The notes below the pieces were generated by a model. That model did no database searches, was not told the origin of the DNA, and saw only the letters and a list, made by a program, of their open reading frames with translations. A program made the position numbers and the translations under genes. Shown here one piece after another: positions 1 to 11,296 of a stretch of DNA of 64,000 nucleotides. Position 1 is the stretch's first letter. Every line of letters starts with the position of its first letter. Origin of the DNA: Malacoraja senta (taxonomy: Eukaryota); assembly GCA_038087875.1 (NCBI GenBank), contig CM075989.1, positions 2,976,001 through 3,040,000 of the forward strand. The letters are read 5' to 3'.

Positions 1-99
1 ACGAAATTAGATATCTGCAGCACACATGTCAGAAGGCAAACAAAGTGATTCATCTCAAATCTGTTGCCTTCGGTAACTCGGGAACAGGATCTGCTTCTG

Positions 100-512
100 A
101 AAGGGGTCCATACTCGCTGGAGTTGAGAAGGATGCGAGGCGACCTCCTTGAAACTTACCAAATAGTGAAAGGCCTGGATAGAGTGGATGTGGAGAGGTTG
201 TTTCCACTCGTGGGAGAGTCCAGGACCAGAGGACACAGCCTCAGAATAACAGGACGTACAGTTAGAAAGGAGATGAGGAGGAATTTCTTTAGTCAGAGGG
301 TGGTGAATTTGTGGAATTCTTTGCCACAGAAGGCTGTGGAGTTCGTCAATGGATATTTTTAAGGTGGAGAGTGATAGAATCTTATTTAATAAGGGTGTCA
401 GGAGTTATGGGGAGAAGGCAGGAGAATGGGGTCGAGAGGGAAAGATAGATCAGCCATGATTGAATGGCAGAGTAGATTTGATGGGTCGAATGGCCTAATT
501 CTGCTTCTAAAA
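100..512 (+). mobile_element. CR1/HER1-type LINE, 3' fragment
   Basis: Encodes CR1 ORF2 C-terminal motifs YSLE-RRMRGDL-E-Y-I-KG and TRGH-L...FFSQRVVNLWNSLP, followed by a CR1-type 3' UTR. Confidence 0.9.
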
Positions 513-1010
513 CATGAACTTATATGCAGTACACATATAAGCTGGCAAACAACGAGCTTCATCTCAAATCTGTTGCTACGGCTTTCGTATCTGAGGAGCA
601 GAGTCTGTTTCTGAAATGAGCCTAAACTACATTTAATACAAGTCCTTGCCATTATTTAATTCAAGGGCAAGGTGCTGCAGATGCGGCAAATTCGACTCAT
701 CAACAGAGTTTGCTGGAAATAATCAGTAGGCCAAGCAATAGCAAAGGGAAGAGACAGAGAAAACGTTTCAGGTCACTGATCAACTGCAGCAACATTAGTT
801 AGTCTTTGTCACTTTGTCGTTTACTCCTCCCCCCCCCCCCCCCCCTCCACTCGCCTGTATCCACCTATCACTTGACAGGCTTTGTCCCACCACCAAAGAT
901 AGACACAGAAAGCTGGAGTATCTCAGCGGATCAGGCTGCATCCCTGGAGAGAAGGAAAAGTTGACGTTTCGGGTCATCATCCTTGTTCACCCATACAGAC
1001 AGCACCCGTA

Positions 1011-1061
1011 ATAATAATAATAATAGATTTTTATTTATATAGCGCTTTTCAGGACTCAAAG
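1011..1061 (-). mobile_element. Extremely 5'-truncated L2-type tail inserted in a SINE
   Basis: Minus strand reads CTTTGAG...AAAAGCGCTATATAAATAAA-(TTA)n; flanked by CCCGTA repeats at 1005-1010 and 1062-1067. Confidence 0.6.
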
Positions 1062-1692
1062 CCCGTAGTCAGGATCTAACCCAGGTCTCTAGTGCTGTAA
1101 AGGCAGCAACTCTAACGCTGTGTCTTTTAAATATTGTTCCAGTCCTTGCCTCAACTACCTCCTCTGGCAGCTCGTTCCATATACCCACCACCCTCTGTGT
1201 GAAAAGAAGCCCGTGAATGAATGTGCTTCTAAATTTTCTCTGGTGACTATGAAGAAGGTCATTGTTGGTCCACAACCAATCATTTGGATAATCAGTCGTT
1301 GGAGATGTGAACAAACCTCTGGACACAAATCCTTTACCCCCTCTCCCATTTCTAGCATCATGACCTTATCTCACTGCATATCATCGAGGATGCCTTGGAA
1401 ACAAGATTTTTTAAAATAAAATAGGCCTTTCTTTCAAAACACCACACGTCATAAAGTGAGCACTTAGTTTATTTGATGAATGCATCGGTTGTTTCCTCTG
1501 TTTCTCTAAAATACAGATCATACTGCAGATGCAACGTTTCATTACTGAGTGCTGATGGCCATTTTCAATGCAGTGAGTTGATTTGTGGTGATCTCATAGG
1601 GAAAGGTTTACGGGTGACTCATCGGATCAGCAAACGTTGGCATTTGTCATGGAGGAAGTCCGTAACTATTTCAAACACACAGATCTCGAATT

Positions 1693-1960
1693 GGCAGTGG
1701 TACAGCTGGTAGAGCTGTTGCCTCACAGCACCAGAGACCCGGGTTCGATCCTGACCTCAGCTAATGTCTGCGTGGAGTTTTGCACGTTTTTCCTGCGACT
1801 ACCTAGGTTTCCTCCGGTTCACTCCCACATCCCAAAGACGTGTGGGTTTGTAGGTTGGTTGGCCTCTGTAAATTGCCCCTAATATGTAGGGAGTGGATGA
1901 GAAAGTGGAATAACATAGAACTAGTGTGAGAGGGTGACAACTTGTAGACATGGACTTGGA
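1693..1960 (+). mobile_element. tRNA-derived V-SINE (HE1-like)
   Basis: A/B-box head (TGGTACAGCTGG...GGTTCGATCC) plus V-domain (GGAGTTTTGCACGTT). Confidence 0.85.
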
Positions 1961-2217
1961 TGTGATTTAGGATCAGGTTTATTATTGTGACGAGGTACAG
2001 TTGAAAGATTTGTTATGCGTGCTGTCCGTACAGATCAGATGTACCATACATACATTTAATCTGTTCAAACACAATAGACAGAGCAAAGGAGAAGATACAG
2101 AGTGCAGAATATAATGTGTAGAAAAGAACTGCCGATAATGCTATACACCGAAGATAGACACAGAATGCTGGAGTAACTCAGTAGGTCAGGCAGCATCTCT
2201 GGAGAAAAGGAATAGGT

Positions 2218-2245
2218 GATGTTTCGGGTCGGAACCCTTCTTCAG
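2218..2245 (-). ncRNA. Minimal hammerhead ribozyme core in Penelope-derived repeat
   Basis: Minus strand: CUGAAGA-A-GGGUUCCGACCC-GAAAC-AUC. Confidence 0.6.
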
Positions 2246-2611
2246 ACTGAAGAATAGAGTTCACAGCTTTGCCGTGCCAGAGACAGTTCTAGAGGCAAAG
2301 CCAATATCCTCAATGGGGTAGAGATGAATCAGGCAGCACCCTAGCTTATGGAAGGACTGTTCAGAAGCTTCATAACATAGGGGAAGAAACTGTTCCTGAG
2401 TCTGGCAGTGTGTGCTCTCATAAGGTCATAAGGGATAGGAGTAGAATTAGATCATTTGGCCCATCAAGTCTATTCTGCCATTCAATCATGGCTGATCTAT
2501 CTCTCTCCTAACCCCATTCTCCTGCCTTCCCCCATAACTGCTGACACCTGTACTAATCAAGAATCTATCTATCTCTGCCTTTAAAGCTTCTGTACCTTCT
2601 GGCAGATGGGA

Positions 2612-2932
2612 ACCCAAATAACCCTTGCTTTCCCTCTCGCTCCATCCCTCCTCCTTCCCAGTTCTCCGACAAGTCTTACTGTCTCCGACTACATTTTATC
2701 TCCGTTTGCTTTGTCGTTACCTTCTCCCAGCTAACAATGATCTATTCTACATTTTCCTTGATTCCCATTCCCTTTGTCCCGTTTTCATGCCTTGCACTTC
2801 CTTATCTATGTATCACCCTCTCCCCTGACATCAGCCTGAAGAAGGGTCTCGACCCGAAACGTCACCCATTCCTTCTCTCCAGAGATGCTGCCTGTCCCAC
2901 TGCGTTACTCCAGCATTTTGTGTCTATCTTCA
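2612..2932 (+). mobile_element. Penelope-like terminal repeat (pLTR) fragment
   Basis: Same sequence follows the Penelope endonuclease C-terminus (LQPSGMNIDFSN) at about 56600-56990; contains a hammerhead core. Confidence 0.75.
2836..2863 (+). ncRNA. Minimal hammerhead ribozyme core
   Basis: CUGAAGA-A-GGGUC-UC-GACCC-GAAAC-GUC: all conserved core nucleotides, stem II and GUC triplet present. Confidence 0.75.
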
Positions 2933-3444
2933 GAAGAAGGAATTGGGGAGCAGATTGGCTTGTTTCCGTGCTGTAGCTTTTAACTAAACTAAAGTGATCA
3001 CGTGAAGGTACAGGACAGTGAACTGACATCGCTCAGCCTCTTCTCTCCTGCTTTGTATTGTCCCATTACTCATTATCATTAATCCTTCACGTTGGACAGT
3101 GAAAGTGATATTCTCTATTTATTTCCTTCTCAGCTCAAGACCTCTGCTCCAATACACACGAACAGGGACCTTAACTGCTACGTCCCATTTTCAATCCTTC
3201 AACTAATAATGAAGTGAGAATCTTGTTTAAGGTCGAAAACTATTCAATGGAAAATTGCATTATGTGGAAGTGATTAAACTCAGAGTTCCTCACTCACACA
3301 GAGCTTGTACAACATTTGTTTATTAACACGACCATGTGAAGTGACTGCATTTCCTGCATAATATAACCCAATAAAAACTGCAGAGAAGGAATTGAACACA
3401 TAAATATTAATAATGGTATTTATCAAGGCAGCTAGCAGTGGTTA

Positions 3445-4200
3445 GGGTGGTCCACCGGGTGGTACCATCAGCGATGGCAGCCTCGCCAACGGTCTGTCTG
3501 TCTTGTCATCTTTTTTTGTTATTTTTAGTGTGTTTTTAAAAGTTTGTGTTAATGTTCTTTGTTTTATGTGGGGGGTGGGGGGAGGGGGGGGGGGAATTTT
3601 TTTTTCGATCTCTTACCTTGCCAGAGATGTGATTGTTTTCCAGATCGTATCTCCGGTCACTCTGCGGCCTAACATCATGGAGCTGGCGCCTTGCTCGAGA
3701 CTGACTTTGGGCCCCAACGCGGGCACGTGGACATGCCATCGGAACCTGCGATCCCTTGCCTGGGATCGACGCTCCAACTGCGGATTTCATCATCGAGGAG
3801 CTCGCATTCTCGGGTAGAGACTGATGTCGAGAGGCTCCAAAGTCACAGAAGGTTCGACCAGCCCCCACCCGGGGTCCGATCGCCCGGCGTGGGGGAGCTG
3901 AGATCCCCCCAAAGCAGGAGCTTGATTGCCCCGATGCGGAGGGCTCGACCGATGGCTGCGGGAGCCAAGATCACCCCGACAAAGGAAGGTTCGAGTGCCC
4001 TGACAAAGAAGGGAAGAGATTTGAACTTTTTTTCGCCTTCCATCACAGTGAGGAATGTGGAGGAGTCACTGTGGTGGATGTTTATGTTAAAATGTATTTA
4101 GTGTGTCTTGTTGCTTTTTATTGGTATGACTGTATGGCAAATCAAATTCCTTGTATGTTGCAAATCTTACTTGGCTAATAAGGTATGATTATGATAATCA
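3445..4200 (+). mobile_element. About 750-bp non-autonomous retroposon with CpG-rich core
   Basis: Colinear with 58741-59497 at both ends; ends TTGCAAA..ACTTGGCTAATAA plus a short tandem tail; no recognisable protein. Confidence 0.65.
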
Positions 4201-4234
4201 GATGTTAATCAATCATATTTCGTAACATCGTTGT

Positions 4235-4592
4235 ATAAAATCATGAGAGGAATGGAACACATAGATGCACAGTCTCTTGCCCCGAGTAGGGGAATCGAGG
4301 ATAAGAAGACATAGGTTTAAGGTGAAGGGGAAAAGATTTAATATGAATCTGAGGGGTAACGTTGTCACACAAATGATGGTGGATGTATGGAACAAGCTGC
4401 CAGAGGAGGTAGTTGAGGCTGGGACTATCCCAATGTTTAAGAAACAGTTAGACAGGTACATGGATAGGACAGGTTTGGAGGGATATGGACCAAGCGCAGG
4501 CAGGTGGGACTAGTGGAGCTGGCACATGTTAGCTGGTGTGGGCAAGTTGAGCCGAAGGGCCTGTTTCCATGCTGTATCACTCTATGACTCTA
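4235..4592 (+). mobile_element. CR1/HER1-type LINE, 3' fragment
   Basis: PRVGESR-R-HRFKVKG...WNKLPEEVVEA; ends GCCGAAGGGCCTGTTTCC, the tail shared with the SINEs. Confidence 0.9.
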
Positions 4593-5040
4593 TATCAACA
4601 ATCGATTGGTTGAATCCGCCTTGCACAGTCAGTCAGGATGAAGTTTCAATTACGACTTTATTGCACCAATTGATATAATTTGGCTTCAGTATGCTGATCT
4701 GCCGAATGAATTGTTTTACAATAAGTGCACAATGTGTGCCTTGTTTGTTCCATTGGTACGAACACTGGTATTGAATAACCAACTAACTAAAAGTAATGAC
4801 AGCAAGTTCCACTTGATTGGCTTTCCACCACCTGCTCCCGAGAATCCATCCATCTCATTGCAACATCTGCGGCAAAGAAATTTATCTGCCGCTCCTTAAC
4901 TAAAATAAATATTCTCACAGTCACAGGGCTCTGCTGAAGCATTGTTCCACCCTATAAATTCTTTGCATTCTCAGACTCGACAAATGCAAAATTCATTTCC
5001 CAGGCTGTCGTGTGATAAGAAAACACAGAGATGATCAGAG

Positions 5041-5061
5041 CGATCGATCGATCGATCGATC
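5041..5061. repeat. (CGAT)n self-complementary microsatellite
   Basis: CGATCGATCGATCGATCGATC. Confidence 0.9.
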
Positions 5062-5256
5062 CCCGGCAGGGAAGATGCATCGATCTTGCGGTTTTTTCTA
5101 CTTTGACAACTGAACATACAAACCAGTCAATAAGGGATCAATATGCAAATATGAGGAATCAATTTTGGAGAGAAACATGATGATAATCATTCTACAATTG
5201 TTTGGGGCCGTCTAAATAAGGACATTGGAACTTGTGTGAATCAGTCATACATCATC

Positions 5257-5856
5257 CACCAGTGGGTTGGCATCACTGCCAGTGGGCCAGTGCCACTGCC
5301 AGTGGGTTTAAGTCACTCTGCCAGTGGTCCAATGTCACTCTGGCAGTGGACCAACAACTGTGCCAGTGGATCTGTGTCACGGCCGGTGTGTTGGTGCATC
5401 CGCCAGTGGTTCAATGTCACTGCCAGTGGACCAGCATCACTGCCAGTGGGACATTGTCACTCTGCCAGTGGGTCAGTGTCACTCTGCCAGTGGACCAGCA
5501 TCCCTGCCAGTGGACCAGTGTCACTCTGCCAGTGGGCCAGTGTCACTCTGCCAGTGGGCCAGTGTCACTCTGCCAGTGTGTCGGTGTCACTCTGCCAGTG
5601 GACCAGCATCACTGCCAGTGGACCAGCATCACTGCCAGTGGGCCAGTGTCACTCTGCCAGTGGGCCAGTGTCACTCTGCCAGTGGATCAGCATCACTGCC
5701 AGTGGGCCAGTGTCACTCTGCCAGTGGGTCAGTGTCACTCTGCCAGTGTGTCGGTGTCACTCTGCCAGTGGACCAGCATCACTGCCAGTGGGACAGTGTC
5801 ACTCTGCCAGTGGGCCAGTGTCACTCCGCCAGTGGATCAGCAACACTGCCAGTGGA
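5257..5856. repeat. Minisatellite of mixed 20-bp and 22-bp units
   Basis: About 28 units built on GCCAGTG: GCCAGTGGACCAGCATCACT and GCCAGTGGGCCAGTGTCACTCT. Confidence 0.95.
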
Positions 5857-5904
5857 TCGGTATCATTTAAGAACAAAGAGTCAAGACTCTCTCTCAACTA
5901 TCGG

Positions 5905-6330
5905 AGTGTTTAATTACCATCTGTACTGACAACTGAACATGGAAATTCTTGCTTGCTGAAGCTTAATGGGCCATAACTTTAATAGTGTATGGATGAAGAT
6001 GTAATAATCAAAAATGAAATACAATTAATAATAGTGATACTAGCTAACGACGATGGTGCAAACACCAAAGTCCTGTGCAACCAAAGACACAGTCCATGTC
6101 CATGGAAGACCATAGAGCTTGGATGAGTGTTGTGCTGTGGTACAAGAGCCTGATTATTGTGGGGAAGAAGCTGTTCTTGACCCTGGTGGTCATGGTTTCC
6201 AGTCTCCTGTACCTTCTGCCCCATGGTAGGAGCAACATGAGTGTGTGGCCAGGATGGTGTGGGCCTCTGATGATGTTGGCTGCCCTTCGGAGGCAGCACC
6301 GCATATAGATCCCTTTGAAGGTGGGGAGGT
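5905..6330 (-). mobile_element. Rex1/Babar-like LINE, 3' fragment
   Basis: IY-RCCLRRAANII-GPHHPGH-L--LLP-GRRYR...R-KNSFFP-IIRLL. Confidence 0.8.
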
Positions 6331-6356
6331 CAGTACCTGTTCGACCAGTACCAGTC

Positions 6357-6635
6357 AGCGGCAGAGTAGCATGGCGGTAGAGTTGCTGCCTTACAGCGCC
6401 AGAGACCCGGGTTCGATCCTGACTACAGGTGCTGTCTGTACGGAGTTTTACGTTCTCACTGAGGCCCACGTGGATTTCTCCGAGATCTTCTGTTTCCTTC
6501 CACGCTCCAAAGACATACATGTTTGTAGTTAATTGGCTTGGTGTAAATGTAAAATTGTCCCTAGTGTGTTTTAATGTGCAGAGATCGCTGGTCAGTGTGG
6601 AGTGGGCGGGCCCTGTTTCCATGCTGTATGTCTAA
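6357..6635 (+). mobile_element. V-SINE (HE1-like)
   Basis: tRNA head, V-domain, CCTGTTTCC tail. Confidence 0.85.
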
Positions 6636-7344
6636 CTGTGATGGACAGGGCAGTGTCTACCACTCTCTATCGTCACCTTTAGTCCAGCACATTCGAGTTC
6701 GTCAACCAGGGCCATGTTCAATCTGAAGAAGAGATTCGACCCCAAACGTCACGGATTCCTTCTCTCCAGAGATGCTGCATGTCCTGCTGAGTTACTGCAG
6801 CATTTGTGCCTATGCAACCAATAGATATGCTGGGAGACACACGGAACTGCAGATGCTGGTTTACAAAGAAAGGCACAAAGTGCTGGAGTAACTCACCGTG
6901 TCAGGCACCACTGTTTCTTCAGCATCACTCGATTTGTGGTTCAATATCAGTCCGTGGGACATCAAGCCAGCTCCAATTCTCAGAATATTGAGTTCTAATA
7001 TAATTGTAATAAATGCCATTAAACAGGAATTTCACACCAGTGAGCAACAGTGTGTCTTTTACGAGAAGTATTTTTGTGTCTTCAAAAACCACACGCTGCT
7101 TCAGGATTCCACTCAAAACTCTTGCAATGTCTGAGCTTCCTAACATCTCTCCTTAAAAACCCAACATTAACCACACCTTTACTCATTCGTTCCAAACTAT
7201 TCTCTTTGGCTCTGAGCCCAAATTGTTTTTAATACTTTGATGTCCATCAATGTACAGTGTTTCTACATTAAACATGCAGCCAACAGTCTCAGATTAGTCC
7301 CCAACCCTGTATCTACCATGTTTCTCCAGAGATGCTGCCTCTTT

Positions 7345-7674
7345 CTCCATCTCCTCCCCCACTCCTCCCCCTCCCCCTCACCCTCTCCCCCTCCCTCACC
7401 CTCACCCTCCCTCCGCATCTCCCCTCCCCCTACCCTCCCCATCCCCTCCCCCTACCCCTCCCCATCCCCCTCCCCCTCCCCTCCCCCCTCCCCCTCCCCC
7501 TCCCCCTCCCCCTCCCCCTCCCCCTCCACCTCGCCCCTCCCCCTCCCTCACCACCACCCTCCCCCTCTCCCTCCCCTCCCCTCCACCTCCACCTCAACCC
7601 CCCCCTCCCCTCCCCCTCCCCCTCCTCCTCCACCTCCCCCCCCCTCCCCTCCGCCTCTCCCCCTCCCTCACCCC

Positions 7675-7711
<37 letters not shown>

Positions 7712-8068
7712 CCATTCCCACTCCCCCTCCCCTTCCCCTTCCCCTTCCCCCTCCCCCTCCCCTCCCCCCTCCCTCCCCCTCCCCCTCCCCCTCCCTCCCC
7801 CTCCCCCTCTCCCCTCCCTCACCCTCACCCTCCCCCTCCGCATATCCCCTCCCCCCCCTCCCCCTCCCCTCCCCCCCTCCCCCTCCCCCTCTCCCTCCCC
7901 CTCTCCCCCTCCTCCCCCTCCCTCTCCCTCCCCCTCTCCCCTCCCCTCCCCTCACCCTCACCCCCTCCGCATCTCACCCTCCCCTCCCTCACCCTCCCCT
8001 TCCCTCCCCTCCTCCTCCCCTCCCTCTCCCCCTCCCTCCCCTCCCCCTCCCCTCCCTCCCCCTCCCCA
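7345..8068. repeat. Polypyrimidine (CCCCCT)n/(CCCTCA)n tract
   Basis: About 720 bp almost entirely C/T; hexamer units. Confidence 0.95.
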
Positions 8069-8448
8069 TTGAACATATAAGATTGTTAAGGGCTTGGACA
8101 CGCTAGAGGCTGGAAACATGTTCCCGATGTTGGGGGGAGTCCAGAACCAGGGGCCACAGTTTAAGAATAAGGAATAAGCCATTTAGAACGGAGACGAGGA
8201 AACACTTTTTCTCACAGAGAGTGGTGAGTCTGTGGAATTCTCTGCCTCAGAGGGCGGTGGAGGCAGGTTCTCTGGATGCTTTCAAGAGAGAGCTAGATAG
8301 GGCTCTTAAAGATAGCGGAGTCAGGGGATATGGGAGAAGGCAGGAACGGGGTACTGATTGGGGATGATCAGCCATGATCACATTGAATGGCGGTGCTGGC
8401 TCAAAGGGCGGAATGGCCTACTCCTGCACCTATTGTGTATTGTCTATT
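8069..8448 (+). mobile_element. Young CR1 subfamily 3' fragment with (TATTGTC)n tail
   Basis: Near-identical to 55140-55510 and 35821-36051. Confidence 0.9.
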
Positions 8449-8489
8449 ATCTCCCTCTCCCTCCGTATATAACATAAAACATACAACAT

Positions 8490-8925
8490 TACTCACATTC
8501 CATGCATATCCATGTGCCTATCCAAAAGTCTCTTGAACACCGCCATCATACCTGCCTCCACCACCACCCCAGTGTCTTCCTGGCACTCAGCACCCTCTGT
8601 GTAAAAAAACATGCCCAGCACATCTCCTTTAAACTTTGCCCTCTGGTATTTGGATTTTCCATCCTGGGAAAAGGGTTCTGACTGTCTACCCCATCTCTGC
8701 CTCATAATTTAATACACTTCTATCAGGTCTCCCCACAACCTTCTGCATTCCACAGACAACAATGAAAGTCTGTCCAACCTCTCCCTGTAGCTAATACCTC
8801 CTGATCCTGGGATGATTCCAGTGAACCACATCTGGTGAACCACATCTGAACCCTTTCCAAGCCTCCACTTCCCTTCCTGTAATGGGTTGACCAGACTGTC
8901 ATAACACTCCAAATGCAGTCAAAAC
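8490..8925 (-). mobile_element. Old CR1 fragment
   Basis: SYRERLDRL-L-S-ECRRL-GDLIEVY on the minus strand. Confidence 0.75.
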
Positions 8926-8937
8926 TACAAACTCTAA

Positions 8938-9404
8938 AGGGCCTGTCCCACTTGGCCGTCATTTGCGCCTCATTTACGCGTCATATGTAAAATAGGTCGA
9001 CGTGTCGTGATGTGTGACGTCGCGCGCAAATCAAGCGTCATCACAGCCGTCAGGTGCGCGTGACATCATTAGAATGCCCTGCGATGCATGGTTACAGACG
9101 TCGACGCACAGTGACGTAACCATGCGTCACCACGCGCTACACGTGAGAGTCGGGACGCCAGCGTGTGACGCCAATGCATCAGCGTGCATACGCGATACGT
9201 CACGCAGGTGGCGCGCGAGGATTTCGTTACACTACGACATCCTGGAGCGCTGCGTGATACCGCACGCCACCGCATGCGATTCCACGCCTCACCATGCACA
9301 ATGCGTGCATCACCCACGTGCACCCCACGCGTCACGACGCATCAACCTATTTCACAAATGACGCGTAAATGAGGCGCAAATGACGGCCAAGTGGGACAGG
9401 CCCT
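8938..9404. mobile_element. PIF/Harbinger-like MITE, CpG-rich
   Basis: About 47-bp perfect TIR starting AGGGCCTGTCCCACTTGGCCGTCATTTGCG; TAA/TTA flanks. Confidence 0.85.
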
Positions 9405-10309
9405 TTAAACTACATCGTGGCTTCCTAACTCAAATATAATCAATTACCCTGAAACTACAAACAAAAGTTAACCATGTTTTTAAGACGTCGGACGAAGGGT
9501 CTCGACCCAAAATGTCATCTATTCCTTTTCTCCAGAGATGCTGCCTGACCCGCTGAGTTACTCCTGCACTTTGTGTCTATCTTCATGCTTTTAAAGCAAG
9601 GGTTATTTATTAAAGCAAAGCACCGACCTAGTCTTGAAGGCCTCTGAGAAAGAAAAGTTCTTCTTATATGTAGTAGTCATGACCTTGCAGGCGACCTCTT
9701 GATTTACTGCTTCTACTAATTGAGCCCAAGCATTTTCCGAAGCAGGATAATGAGGAAATAATAGCGAGGGCAAATGCTTGGTCTCCCATTAATGCCTGCC
9801 TCTGGTTCATGCTGTCAGTACTGTATAGCTTCAGAGTATTGCGGGCAGCTACTGCTGACAATGGCTGGATGACAAGGAAAGCACTGGTTAACCTTTACTT
9901 ACCGCACCAATCAGCGCATGATGAGGATATCAACGTTCAGTCATTATCTGCCAGGTTTGCCAAACATCTGCTTGTGTTCAGGGCGTGCGGCCAAGCACAC
10001 TCCCTCACTGGAGGACTACAGCTCTATCGGTACACTTCCAGTTGCAATGTTAATCTGACAGCCATCTCCGCTTACCACACTCGAACCCTTGGCAGCGAGC
10101 GGGGGCCTTGCCCTGTTGTCCCGGGAATATACACTCCATTTAGTTTAGTTTAGTTAGAGATACGGCACGGAAACAGGCCCTTCGGCCCACTGAATGCATG
10201 CCGACCAGTGACACTACACTGTCCCCGCACACTTACACTATGCTACGCACTAGGGACAATTCACAGCTCCAACAATAACCACATTTCAAAAATAATCAGT
10301 GGTTGTAAA

Positions 10310-10912
10310 TTGTTTTGGGGTCCCTATGGAAGGCTAACCAAGTGGAATATGAGGTGCTGTTCCTCCAGTTTGCATGTGGCTTCACTCTGGCCATGGAGGA
10401 GGCCCCGATCAGAATGCGAATGGGAAGGGGAGTTTAGTTCAGTTCAGTTTAGTTTAGTTTAGTTTAGTTTAGTTTAATTTAGAGATACAGCACAGAAATC
10501 ATCCCTTTGACACACCAAGTCCACACCGACCAGAGATCCCTGTACACTAGCACTACCCTACACACTAGGGCCGATTTTACCGAAACCAATTAACCCACAA
10601 ACCTGTACATCTTTGGAATGTGGGAGGAAACCAGAGCACCTGGAGAAAATCCATCCATTCAAAGAGAGAACATACTAAGCCATACAGACAGCACCCCCAG
10701 TCCAGTTCGAACCCGGGTCTCTGGGGCTGTAACGGCAGCACCTCTACCACTGTGTCACTGTGCCTGCCGCCCACAATGATTTGGCAACCAGGAGATCTAG
10801 CAGGCCTTGGTGGACCAAATGCAAGTGTTCGGTGAAACAGTCACCTAGTCTATGCTTGGTACAGGAAGCCACATCGACAGCACCGAATGCAGTAGATGAG
10901 GTTAGAGGAGGT
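10310..10912 (-). pseudogene. Penelope GIY-YIG endonuclease remnant, split by a SINE (10432-10770)
   Basis: Minus strand gives TSSNLIYCIRC-RCG-LY...KHRLGDCF-EHL and CKLEEQHLIFHL. Confidence 0.7.
10432..10770 (-). mobile_element. V-SINE (HE1-like)
   Basis: Reverse-complement SINE with (TAAAC)n tail. Confidence 0.85.
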
Positions 10913-11296
10913 GTATATAATATTCATTTGGGTTGTCTTTGCAATTGCCAAATGCTTCAGGACACGGAAGGAATACACTCTGGTCTTTTTCTCAAAAGGA
11001 ATAGGAGTAGAATTGGGAAATTCGGCCCATCAAGTCTACTCCGCCATTCAATCATGGCTGATCTATCTCTCCCTCCCAACCCCATTCTCCTGCCTTCTCC
11101 CCATAACCTCCTACACCCGCACTAATCAATGTACTAATTCCCCTCTTGGATCCATGGATGGGCTGAATGGCCATTCCTACCCTCGCACTAACTACTTGTT
11201 GTGCCCACGTGCACAAGGTGGGAAGCGTGGCCCCAAGCTGACCATTGAACAACATGCCCACGGAACCCAGTGATGGGAAACCACCAACACCTGCCA

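Noticed and set aside
3134..3213. Possible plus-strand coding exon (strong acceptor, GTGAGA donor)
   Set aside because: Peptide not recognisable and no consistent partner exons found
5257..5856. CRISPR-like repeat/spacer appearance and 200+ aa ORFs
   Set aside because: The 9-nt spacers are themselves recurrent, there are no cas genes and the context is eukaryotic; the ORFs result from a stop-free repeat unit
7237..8106. 289-aa proline-rich (extensin/formin-like) ORF
   Set aside because: Translation of a (CCCCCT)n tract that runs into a CR1
9014..9361. ORFs inside the CpG-rich MITEs
   Set aside because: No transposase motifs; stop-poor GC-rich sequence
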